Part shown: positions 1-7,218 of the stretch, in pieces
How positions within the stretch are numbered: position 1 is the first letter of the stretch
How the letters are laid out: every line of letters starts with the position of its first letter
Source: Thermoanaerobaculia bacterium
GTDB taxonomy: Bacteria > Acidobacteriota > Thermoanaerobaculia > Multivoradales > DATKCC01
DNA: 38,953 bases
Assembly (NCBI GenBank): GCA_046538065.1
Contig: JBKHJP010000001.1
Location: 1 to 38,953 of the forward strand
Reading direction: 5' to 3'
Notes under the pieces: generated by a model
Databases searched by the model: none
What the model was told of the DNA's origin: nothing
The model's input: the letters and a program-made list of their open reading frames with translations, nothing else
Translations under genes and position numbers: made by a program

Positions 1-622
1 GCTTCAGGGGGTCGTCGTCCAAAAAGCCCACCACGTCCAGGCCCACGTCGCCTCGGCCGTGGATCTCGCGCACGGCGAGGACCCCCGCCCGCCCGGCCCC
101 CAGGAGGAGGGTCCGCTTCGGCCGCTCCGGTCCGGCCCGGCGCGCCTTGGCGCTGCGCTCGAAGCGCTCGTAGAGCATCCGCCGGAGCACCCGCAGGCCC
201 AGCAGCCCGCCGAAGGCGAGCACCGTGTCCATGAGGATCACCGACAGGGGAACCCGCAGGGCGCCGAAGGCCGAAGGCAGAGCCAGGCGGAGCACCAGGA
301 GGGGCACCGACCAGTAGACGGCGCTCCGCACGAAGGTGGTCAGCTCCGTCATCCCGACGTAGCGCCAGACGAAGGAGTAGACCCCGGTGAGCAGGAGGGC
401 GACGAACTGGACCAGCAGCACCAGCGGGAGCTGGACGTAGGCGTCCAGGAGGACCCGCCTGGGCACCTGGAACTCGAATCGCAGGAGGTACGCCGCGAAG
501 AACGCCAGCGTCAGCACCGCCAGGTCCAGGGCGTACTGGGTCCTGCGGTGGAAGGTGAAGGACCACGGCACGCGGCGGCCGGGGCCTTCACGGGGGGCAG
601 GCGATTCGCTTACAGCGGTCAT
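1..622 (-). CDS. CapD/PglF/WbpM-type membrane-anchored NDP-sugar 4,6-dehydratase, N-terminal part only (gene runs off the left edge)
   Basis: Not in the ORF track because it is open at the window edge. My own minus-strand translation from the ATG at 622..620 gives MTAVSESPAPREGPGRRVPWSFTFHRRTQYALDLAVLTLAFFAAYLLRFEFQVPRRVLLDAYVQLPL...SFVWRYVGMTEL...KRTLLLGAGRAGVLAVREIHGRGDVGLDVVGFLDDDPLK. Hydrophobic helices are followed by a GxGxxG Rossmann start and VGFLDDDP, which is typical of this family. An EPS priming-transferase N-terminus is the alternative. The listed ORF 59..655(+) is its antisense shadow. Confidence 0.6.
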   Translation of the reverse strand, partial: MTAVSESPAPREGPGRRVPWSFTFHRRTQYALDLAVLTLAFFAAYLLRFEFQVPRRVLLDAYVQLPLVLLVQFVALLLTGVYSFVWRYVGMTELTTFVRSAVYWSVPLLVLRLALPSAFGALRVPLSVILMDTVLAFGGLLGLRVLRRMLYERFERSAKARRAGPERPKRTLLLGAGRAGVLAVREIHGRGDVGLDVVGFLDDDPLK

Positions 623-655
623 AGAACTATCGCATTATCCGGCATTGCGCCATAA

Positions 656-1771
656 CTATCGTCTTTGCCGGCGCTCCGCGAGCTTGGCGCGCAGGAAACC
701 ACCCACGTCGCCGGGCCGGTCCACCAGCAGGAGTACCGACAGTGTACGCCCGAAAGGGCTTCCCGGTCCAGCGCTCCAGGGGTCCCGGAGGAGGTCGTCC
801 CAGACCAGCCGGTCGTGGAAGCGGACGGCCAGGCGGCCGGAGGGCCGGAGGGCTTGTCCGTGCACGGCGGGAAGCCCCAGGGGGCCGAGGGCGCGGCGGA
901 GGATCCCCACGCCGGCGACGAAGCTCCTGAGGGCCCCCAGCTCGGAGGCCCTGGCGAGGGCGCCCTCGGCATCGAGCCCGCGCCGGATCCAGCGCAGGAC
1001 GTCCTCCACCCACCCCAGGCGCGAGAAGGGCCGGTGTTTGACCAGGTGGGCCACCAGGTGGACCAGGGTCGTCTCCCGGTCCAGGGTGAAGACCTCCCGG
1101 CCGTGGACCCGTCCCGGGCGGGGCCGCAGGTCCTCCCAGGCCGAGCGCGCTCCGTGCTTGACGCCCAGGCGGGTGTGGAGCTCCACCGGCAGCCGGCCGT
1201 CGGTCAGGAAGCGCTCCGGGGAGACCTCCCGGATCCGGTGGGAGAGGGCGCTCTCCTCGAGACCGAGGGAGCCCAGGCGCGCCACCGCCTCGTCCACCCG
1301 CTCCCGGGGGACCAGGAGGTCCAGGTCCCCCAGCACCCGGCACTCCGGATCCTCCCGGTAGACCGTGTCCAGGAGGTGGATCCCCTTGAGGGGGCAGACC
1401 GGGATGCCCTCCAGGGCGTCCACCACCGCCTGGAACCGGGCGACGGCGTAGAGGTTCTGGGCCGCGTTGTCCCGCAGCCGGCCCAGGAGGCGCGCCCGGA
1501 GCCTGGGGGGCAGGGAGGTGGACCCGGAACGCGCACCGGCACCGCTTTCCCTCCAGAGTCCGGCTCCGGTGCCCGCTCCCGCGCCGCGCGGCCCCTCGCC
1601 AGGCTCCTGCGAACCCGCCTCCCACCGGGCGAGGCCCAGCAGGCCGTGGCGCTCGATCCAGGAGGCGGCCTCGGCCTCCGGCAGGGCCGCCGCGTGTTCC
1701 GCCGCCCGGCGCCGCAGGAGCTCCAGGGCCCGCCCGGCGGCCTCCCGCTGCTCCGTCGCCTCCAGGGTCAC
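656..1771 (-). CDS. Uncharacterised nucleotidyltransferase family protein (NTP_transf_5 / PF14907-like)
   Basis: C-terminal 371 codons of ORF 656..2032(-). The motif GIPVCPLKGIHLLDTVYREDPECRVLGDLDLLVPRERVDEAVARLGSLG matches the KG...Y......R...D(L/I)DLLV core of this family. I chose the GTG start at 1771 because it overlaps the upstream TGA (GTGA at 1768-1771). The longer N-terminus would lie inside the aminotransferase gene. Confidence 0.65.
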   Translation of the reverse strand: MTLEATEQREAAGRALELLRRRAAEHAAALPEAEAASWIERHGLLGLARWEAGSQEPGEGPRGAGAGTGAGLWRESGAGARSGSTSLPPRLRARLLGRLRDNAAQNLYAVARFQAVVDALEGIPVCPLKGIHLLDTVYREDPECRVLGDLDLLVPRERVDEAVARLGSLGLEESALSHRIREVSPERFLTDGRLPVELHTRLGVKHGARSAWEDLRPRPGRVHGREVFTLDRETTLVHLVAHLVKHRPFSRLGWVEDVLRWIRRGLDAEGALARASELGALRSFVAGVGILRRALGPLGLPAVHGQALRPSGRLAVRFHDRLVWDDLLRDPWSAGPGSPFGRTLSVLLLVDRPGDVGGFLRAKLAERRQRR

Positions 1772-2892
1772 CTCCGGGTCGCCCGGACCCCGTCCACGAC
1801 CCGCTCCCGGTCCTCGTCCGACAGGTTCGACCCGCTGGGCAGGCAGAGGCCCCGGTCGAAAAGCTCCTCGGCGACCGCGCCGCCCACCACCTCGCACCCG
1901 GCGAAGGCCGGCTGGAGGTGCATGGGCTTCCAGACCGGCCGCGCCTCGATGTCGTCCGCCTCCAGCGCGGCGCGGATCGCCTCCCGGTCGGCGCCGAAGG
2001 CGTCGGGGTCCACGGTGAGGCAGGTGAGCCACCGGTTCGAGCGGCCCTCCGGGGCCTCCTCGAGGAAAGCGAGGCCCGGAAGCTCCCCCAGGGCCTCGCG
2101 GTAGAGGCGGTAGTTGCGCCGCCGGGCCGAAACCCGCTCGTCGAGGACCCGGAGCTGCCCCCGGCCCACGGCGGCCAGGAGGTTCGACAGGCGGTAGTTG
2201 AAGCCCACCTCCTCGTGCTCGTAGTGGACCTCCGGCTCCCGGGCCTGGGAGGCGAGCTTCCGGGCGCGGGCGACGGCCTCCCCGTCGTCCGAGACCAGGG
2301 CGCCGCCGCCGGACGTGGTGAGGATCTTGTTGCCGTTGAACGAGAAGACGCCGAAGCGCCCGAACCCGCCCACCGGCCGGCCCCGGTAGCGCGAGCCCAG
2401 GGCCTCCGCCGCGTCCTCGATCACCGGCACTCCGTGCTCGGCGCAGGTTGCCAGGATCCCGTCGTGGTGGGAGGGCTGGCCGTAGAGGTCCACGGTGATC
2501 ACCGCCTTCGGGAGGCGCCTGCGCCGCCGGCGCCGGCCGAGCTCCTCGGCAAGCAGGGCCGGGTCCACCGTCCAGGTCTCCGGGTGGGCGTCCACGAAGA
2601 CCGGCCGCGCCCCCTGGTAGACGATCGGGAAGGCCGAGCCGGCGAAGGTCAGCGTGGGGCAGAGGACCTCGTCCCCCGAACCCACCCCCAGCAGCCGCAG
2701 GGCTAGGTGGAGGGCCGCCGTCCCGGACGAGAGCGCCGCAGCGTGGCCCACCCCGACCGCTTCCGCCAGCTCCCCCTCGAAGGCGTCCACGTGGGGCCCC
2801 AGGGGCGCGATCCAGTTGGACTCGAACGCCTCCCGGAGCAGGTCGAGCTCGTGCCCGGACATGTGGGGCGGGGAGAGGTAGACGCGGGGCAT
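1768..2892 (-). CDS. DegT/DnrJ/EryC1/StrS-family PLP-dependent sugar aminotransferase (PglE/EpsN-like C4 aminotransferase)
   Basis: ORF 1768..2937(-). Motifs seen: VYLSPPHMSGHELDLLREAFESNWIAPLGP, SSGTAALHLAL, and FSFNGNKILTTSGGGAL with the catalytic Lys in NGNK. The ATG at 2892 (MPRVYLSPPH) is preferred, and the ATG at 2937 is also possible. Confidence 0.85.
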   Translation of the reverse strand: MPRVYLSPPHMSGHELDLLREAFESNWIAPLGPHVDAFEGELAEAVGVGHAAALSSGTAALHLALRLLGVGSGDEVLCPTLTFAGSAFPIVYQGARPVFVDAHPETWTVDPALLAEELGRRRRRRRLPKAVITVDLYGQPSHHDGILATCAEHGVPVIEDAAEALGSRYRGRPVGGFGRFGVFSFNGNKILTTSGGGALVSDDGEAVARARKLASQAREPEVHYEHEEVGFNYRLSNLLAAVGRGQLRVLDERVSARRRNYRLYREALGELPGLAFLEEAPEGRSNRWLTCLTVDPDAFGADREAIRAALEADDIEARPVWKPMHLQPAFAGCEVVGGAVAEELFDRGLCLPSGSNLSDEDRERVVDGVRATRR

Positions 2893-2917
2893 TCCGGGCT
2901 CGGTGTGGCCGTCGGGC

Positions 2918-2946
2918 TTCAGTCGGATGGACTGCACCAGTATAAT
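2918..2946 (+). promoter_or_regulatory. Candidate sigma70-type promoter for the ASST-like gene, in a 75-nt divergent intergenic region
   Basis: Perfect TATAAT at 2941-2946, with TTCAGT at 2918-2923 and a 17-nt spacer. It is followed by GAAGGAGAA and the ATG at 2968. The -35 element is weak (3 of 6 matches). Confidence 0.3.
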
Positions 2947-2967
2947 GACCGTATCCCTGAAGGAGAA

Positions 2968-4314
2968 ATGCGAAAGCTCGTCCAGATCTCGGTGGCCCTC
3001 CTGTTGCTAGGCGGAGCCTTCGTGTGGGGTTTCGCGGCCGAGCGGTACCACCTCTTTCCGTATTTCTCGATCAAGTCGGTGGCCCAATCGCGGTGCGTCC
3101 GTGTCGCTGCCCAGAAGATCGGGTTGGGAAGTGAGCTTCCGGGGACCAGGCGTGATCGCCTGGAGATCATGCCTGACTCGCCACCGCGGGAGGTCGGACG
3201 TAGGCGGATGATCGAGACGTTGCCGTACGTGAGCGGCACGAGGGACTCCCATCCGGAACGCCGGGGGGTCATCCTTCGAGAGCCTGACAAGACATGGCCG
3301 GGATTCAATCTCTATGGACCCGACACCGAGCCTGTCGCGTACCTGGTCGACATGGCGGGCAAAGTGCGGTACCGGTGGTCATCCGACGGCGACCCTTGGC
3401 TGCACCGAGAGCTTCTGCGCGATGGCTCATTGCTCGCCCTGGTGGTCGACCAGGCCATACTCAAGCTGGATCGCAACTCGAACGTCGTGTGGCGCAGGTC
3501 CGGCCAGTTCCACCACGGCCTCTGGGTAGCTGAGGATGGCAAGATCTACGCGCTTACCGAAGAGCCCGAGCCGGTGCCGGCGATCCATCGAGAGGTCGAC
3601 ACCTTGGTGAATTACGTAACCGTTCTCTCGCCCGAAGGGGAGGTGCTGGAGCGGATCTCGATCCTGGACGTGATCCTGGACTCGCCCTATGCGTTTCTCC
3701 TGACCCGGGTGGATGACGTCGGCCTGGGTGGGAAGGAGTTTCCTCTCGACCCGCTTCACGCGAATCACGTGGAGGTCTTCGATGGGTCCCTGGTCGACGA
3801 GTCTCCCCTGTTCGCCCGGGGCAACTTGCTCCTCTCGTTGCGCAATATGAACCTGGTCGTGATCCTGGACGCCCTGACTCGGGAGATCGTCTGGGCCTGG
3901 GGACCCAACAACCTCCTCTTCCAACACCAACCCACCCTGCTCGAGAACGGGAGGTTACTGATCTTCGACAATGGTATCGAGCAGTCCCGCGTCCTGGACC
4001 TCGATCCCCTGAGCCAACGGATCGTCTGGTCCTACACGGCAGAGGATTTCTTTACCAAGACCCGTGGGAGCGCCCAGCGCTTGGCCAACGGCAACACCCT
4101 GATCACCGAGTCCGTAAGCGGCTACGTATTCGAGGTGACTCCGGAGGGCGAGCGGGTGTGGACCTTCGCCACCCCCCACTTCACCCAGGACGGCAAGCGG
4201 GCGTCGATCTGGCGCATGACCCGGTACCGGCCAGATGAGCTCGAGTTCCCCTTCCGCGGTCGAGACGCTGTTCGCTCCAACCAACCCGGCGAGCCTGAAC
4301 TCTCAGTGCAATAG
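2968..4314 (+). CDS. N-terminally membrane-anchored arylsulfotransferase (ASST)-like beta-propeller protein
   Basis: ORF 2707..4314(+), with the start taken at the ATG at 2968, preceded by an AGGAG Shine-Dalgarno (SD) sequence at 2961-2965. It begins with the N-terminal transmembrane (TM) segment MRKLVQISVALLLLGGAFVWGF. Repeated propeller-like blocks follow: DPLHANHVEVFDGS, LLLSLRNMNLVVILD, FQHQPTLLENGRLLIFDNG and AQRLANGNTLITES..GYVFEVTPEGERVW. This pattern fits the ASST families (PF05935/PF14269) as I remember them. GC is lower than in the neighbours (58-65% in two hand-counted 60-nt lines). Confidence 0.6.
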   Translation: MRKLVQISVALLLLGGAFVWGFAAERYHLFPYFSIKSVAQSRCVRVAAQKIGLGSELPGTRRDRLEIMPDSPPREVGRRRMIETLPYVSGTRDSHPERRGVILREPDKTWPGFNLYGPDTEPVAYLVDMAGKVRYRWSSDGDPWLHRELLRDGSLLALVVDQAILKLDRNSNVVWRRSGQFHHGLWVAEDGKIYALTEEPEPVPAIHREVDTLVNYVTVLSPEGEVLERISILDVILDSPYAFLLTRVDDVGLGGKEFPLDPLHANHVEVFDGSLVDESPLFARGNLLLSLRNMNLVVILDALTREIVWAWGPNNLLFQHQPTLLENGRLLIFDNGIEQSRVLDLDPLSQRIVWSYTAEDFFTKTRGSAQRLANGNTLITESVSGYVFEVTPEGERVWTFATPHFTQDGKRASIWRMTRYRPDELEFPFRGRDAVRSNQPGEPELSVQ

Positions 4315-4355
4315 GCTGGCTCAAACCGGCTGCACTACCGCCCCGAAATCTCTCG

Positions 4356-4902
4356 ATGAAGCGACTACTACAGATGGCGTCCGCCTGCCTTTGCGGCGTG
4401 CTCGTGTTCGTCTGGGGCTACCTCGCCCACCGGAACCGGGTCTTCCCCTACCCGCAGGCCCGAAGCCTCGCCACCTGGGCGGGCTCGGTGGAAGCTCCCG
4501 AGCCCGAGCGCCACGAGGTCTGGCGCGACCCGGCGGCGCTGGGGGCGCTCGAAGCGTTTCCGTACGTCGACGGGCTGCCGGATTCAGAACCCGACCTGGC
4601 CGGAGTCGTGGAGCACGAGCCGGACCGCGCCAAGGACGGCGTCAACCTCTACGCCCCGCGCGAGCTGGCGGAGGCCTACCTGCTCGACATGGAGGGCCGG
4701 AAGCTCTGGCGCTGGTTTTTCCCGCGGCCACGGTGGCTCCACGTGGAGGTCTTCGACGGCTCCCAGGCCTACCGGTCGGAGTTCTTTGCCCGCCTTCATG
4801 CGCAGCCTCCACACGATCACCATCCTGGACGGCCCCACCCATATGGCCCGGCTCCAGCCGGACGAGCTCCCCTTCCTGCGCCACAGGCTCGATGATGGCT
4901 GA
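4356..4902 (+). pseudogene. Decayed paralogue of the upstream ASST-like gene (internal deletions plus a frameshift)
   Basis: Block 1: ORF 4356..4895 has FVWGYLAHRNRVFPY and LEAFPYVDGLPDSEPDLAGVVEHEPDRAKDGVNLYAPRELAEAYLLDMEGRKLWRW. These align with FVWGFAAERYHLFPY and IETLPYVSGTRDSHPERRGVILREPDKTWPGFNLYGPDTEPVAYLVDMAGKVRYRW of the intact gene. Block 2: HVEVFDGS..SEFFAR matches HVEVFDGS..SPLFAR about 175 codons further on in the intact copy. After about 4794 the similarity continues in the next frame. There, FMRSLHTITILDGPTHMARLQPDELPFLRHRLDDG* (stop at 4900-4902) matches SLRNMNLVVILD and IWRMTRYRPDELEFPFRGRD. Confidence 0.7.
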
Positions 4903-7108
4903 AAAGGCGCCGGCGCATCGGCTGATCGCGGCCACCGTGGCCGCGGTCGCTCTGGTTCAGCTCGCCCTCCACGGGGCGCTCCTGGCCCGTGGGACGGAGC
5001 TCATCGTCTCGGCGCTCACGATCGACGACACGTACTACTACCTGGGCACGGCCTGGAACCTGAAGCTCCTCGGGTTCCCCACCTTCGACGGCATCCACCC
5101 CACCAACGGGGTCCAGCTCCTCTGGTTCTGGGTCCTGGCGGGTCTGGCCTGGCTGGTGCCGACCAAGGCGACGTTCCTCCAGGTGGCCCTGGCCGCAGGC
5201 GCCCTGGCCAACGTCGCCTGCCACGCCGTGATCTGGCGCTTCGCCCGGCTTCTGGGCCGGCCGCGCCTGGCGCTCTGGATGTCCGGTTTGTGGCTGCTTC
5301 AGAGCCTGGGGAGCGTGGCCTACTCCCGGGGCCTGGAGAACTCCCTCCACGCCCTGGTCTTCTGGTGCGTCGCCTGGCAGGGGACGGCGTTCGTGGCGGA
5401 GGTCCGGGCCGGGAGGCCGGGCCGGCTGGGAATCGTGACCGCCTTGCTCATCTTGAACGCCTGGTCGCGGATCGACGCCGGCGTGCTGTCGCTCCTGGTC
5501 TTCGCATTCTGTGGACTCGAGGCGTGGCGGTCGACGGTTCCAGGCTCGGAACGTCGGCGCCTGGCGGGACGCGTCGCAGGAGCGGCGGGAGCGGCGGGAG
5601 CGGCGGGTGGGGTGCAGCTCGCCCTGTTCCACTGGATGGGGGGCTCCTGGCTGCCGGTCTCGGCCCTGGTCAAGGCCGGGCTGGAGGTGGAGAGCTGGGC
5701 CGAAACGGCGCTCCGGGCCGCCCGGCTCGGCCTGCCCGCGGCGGTGCCGCCCCTGGTCGCGGCGGCGTTCCTCGGGGTGTACTGGCTCGTGGTCGGCCGG
5801 GGGCGCTCCGGGGATCGGCCCGCTGGCGGGACGGTGCCTGCGGGCTGGGTGGGCCGGCCCGACGCGGAGGAGGCCGCCTTCCTGGCCTGGAACCGGCTCT
5901 GGCCCGTCTTGCTGGCCGGGGTCGTCGTTCACGCCGCCCTGGTCCGTGGGGGCTCCTACTGGTACAACGCGCCGAGCCACGTCTTCTGGAGCGTGACCTT
6001 GGCGCTGCTGGCACACGAAGGGGTGGCGTGGCTCCGTGGCGCAGACTCCGGCGGCCCATCGTCCTGGTGGAGCCGGGTTCCGCCGGGGACCCGGAGCCGG
6101 CTCGCCGCGGCGCCGCCGGCGCTCTTCCTGGCGGGCGCGGTGGCCGTGACCGCTTCGCGCGTCGCCGTCCGATGGCAGATGGAGCCCAACTTTTACGCCC
6201 TCCGGGCGCGGGTGGGCGAGTGGATCAGCCGCAACCTCCCGCCGGACGCCGTCCTCGCCTCGTGGGACGCAGGACAGCTCGGATACTTCTCCGAGCAGTC
6301 ACTCATCAACCTGGACGGGCTGGCGAACAGCCTCGACTACTTCCGGAACGTGTTCGTAGGCCCGGTGCCGCTGGAGGACTACCTGGTAGCCGAGGGCGTG
6401 GACTACATCATCGACCGGAGTGACGGCGTGGGGTTCATCCGGCTCTACGACGGCCGCATGCGAGACCGCCGGCCGGACTACGTTTTCCAGCTCAAGGACG
6501 GAGAGCCAAGGGTGCTGATCTGGCGTTTCGAGCCGCCGTACAGGGCGAACCCCCGAGTGAGGTCGAAGGCTCCAAGGCCGCCCCAGCGATCAGGGAACTC
6601 CGGCTACTACCTAGACCGGAGTCGGGCCGGCACCCCCACGGATGTGGTCCTCTCCGGCACGTCCGCCACCACCGCCGCGCCGGCACCCACTGTGGCCTGT
6701 GCCCCCACTCGCACGCCTGGCAAGAGCGCGCTCCCGATACCCACTACGGCCCCTTCGGCAACCTTCACCCCGCCGCCCAGGCGGGCCCCTGGCGCCACGT
6801 GGACGAAGTCCGCCACCCGGCAGTCGTGGTCCACGGAGGCGCCGGTGTTGATGATGACGTGGCGGCCGATCTCAGTGTCCGGCTGGAGCACTGCCCCGGC
6901 GAAGACGACGGAGCCGACTCCCAGGCGCACGGAGCGGTGGACCGTCGCCGCCGGATGGACGGCGGAGATCCAGGGCAAGTCGAGCTCTGCCGCGAGGCGT
7001 CGCCGGTCCCGGTTGCTTCCCACCGCCAGCACGAAACCGTCCGCCTCATCGGGCCGAGCGTCCCGGAGAGCGCCCCGGACCGGCACGCCCAGGAGCTCCC
7101 CACCCTGA
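4892..7108 (+). CDS. Large polytopic membrane protein, GT-C-like. As sequenced, the ORF has no stop before 7108, and the functional end is probably near 6558.
   Basis: In-frame part of ORF 4235..7108(+), starting at ATGATG 4892/4895 (MMAEKAPAHRLIAATVAAVALVQLAL). The acidic motif ALTIDDTYYYLGTAWNLKLLGFPTFDGIHPTNGVQLLWFW sits after TM1. There are many hydrophobic helices and a soluble C-terminal domain (LASWDAGQLGYFSEQSLINLDGLANSLDYF...VDYIIDR...VLIWRFEP). Downstream of about 6560 the translation becomes P/A/T/S/R-rich. That stretch is the antisense of the hexapeptide-repeat gene 6607..7218(-). Confidence 0.6.
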   Translation: MMAEKAPAHRLIAATVAAVALVQLALHGALLARGTELIVSALTIDDTYYYLGTAWNLKLLGFPTFDGIHPTNGVQLLWFWVLAGLAWLVPTKATFLQVALAAGALANVACHAVIWRFARLLGRPRLALWMSGLWLLQSLGSVAYSRGLENSLHALVFWCVAWQGTAFVAEVRAGRPGRLGIVTALLILNAWSRIDAGVLSLLVFAFCGLEAWRSTVPGSERRRLAGRVAGAAGAAGAAGGVQLALFHWMGGSWLPVSALVKAGLEVESWAETALRAARLGLPAAVPPLVAAAFLGVYWLVVGRGRSGDRPAGGTVPAGWVGRPDAEEAAFLAWNRLWPVLLAGVVVHAALVRGGSYWYNAPSHVFWSVTLALLAHEGVAWLRGADSGGPSSWWSRVPPGTRSRLAAAPPALFLAGAVAVTASRVAVRWQMEPNFYALRARVGEWISRNLPPDAVLASWDAGQLGYFSEQSLINLDGLANSLDYFRNVFVGPVPLEDYLVAEGVDYIIDRSDGVGFIRLYDGRMRDRRPDYVFQLKDGEPRVLIWRFEPPYRANPRVRSKAPRPPQRSGNSGYYLDRSRAGTPTDVVLSGTSATTAAPAPTVACAPTRTPGKSALPIPTTAPSATFTPPPRRAPGATWTKSATRQSWSTEAPVLMMTWRPISVSGWSTAPAKTTEPTPRRTERWTVAAGWTAEIQGKSSSAARRRRSRLLPTASTKPSASSGRASRRAPRTGTPRSSPP
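5581..5607 (+). repeat. Perfect 9-bp tandem repeat (AGCGGCGGG) x3 inside the membrane-protein CDS
   Basis: Read directly: agcggcggg agcggcggg agcggcggg at 5581-5607. It encodes the AGAAGAAGAAG stretch of a loop. The unit length is a multiple of 3, so copy-number change stays in frame. Confidence 0.85.
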
Positions 7109-7218
7109 CGCCCCGGGTCGTCGTCGTAGGCCGCCCCCACCTTGTGACCGGCGGCCACCAAGGTGGCGATTACCACCTTGGCGTGACCCCCGGCCCCGAG
7201 GACGGCGACTCGGGTCAT
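6607..7218 (-). CDS. PglD/NeuD-family left-handed beta-helix sugar N-acetyltransferase
   Basis: ORF 6607..7218(-). The N-terminal Rossmann-like segment is MTRVAVLGAGGHAKVVIATL. It contains AVGSNRDRRRL and HPAATVHRSVRLGVGSVVFAGAVLQPDTEIGRHVIINTGASVDHDCRVADFVHVAPGARLGGGVKV (hexapeptide repeats). This is the typical PglD/NeuD (TIGR03570-like) architecture. Its start overlaps the upstream stop (ATGA at 7215-7218). Confidence 0.8.
   Translation of the reverse strand: MTRVAVLGAGGHAKVVIATLVAAGHKVGAAYDDDPGRQGGELLGVPVRGALRDARPDEADGFVLAVGSNRDRRRLAAELDLPWISAVHPAATVHRSVRLGVGSVVFAGAVLQPDTEIGRHVIINTGASVDHDCRVADFVHVAPGARLGGGVKVAEGAVVGIGSALLPGVRVGAQATVGAGAAVVADVPERTTSVGVPARLRSR

Noticed and set aside
59-2104. 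Long ORFs 59..655(+), 627..1625(-), 665..2104(+), 555..1361(+) and 1467..2018(+) overlap the left-hand genes.
   Set aside because: Their translations are monotonous P/R/G/A/E-rich strings with no motifs. They lie antisense or out of frame to genes with clear family signatures. In DNA this GC-rich, stop codons are rare in every frame, so long shadow ORFs are expected.
2106-2197. Two copies of the ops/JUMPStart core GGCGGTAG occur, at 2106-2113 and 2190-2197 (each as AGGCGGTAGTTG). This element recruits RfaH in polysaccharide operons.
   Set aside because: Both lie on the plus strand inside the minus-strand aminotransferase CDS. They are simply the antisense of two N-Y-R-L codon strings. No plus-strand transcript leader exists there, and the nearest plus-strand gene starts about 800 nt away behind its own promoter-like sequence.
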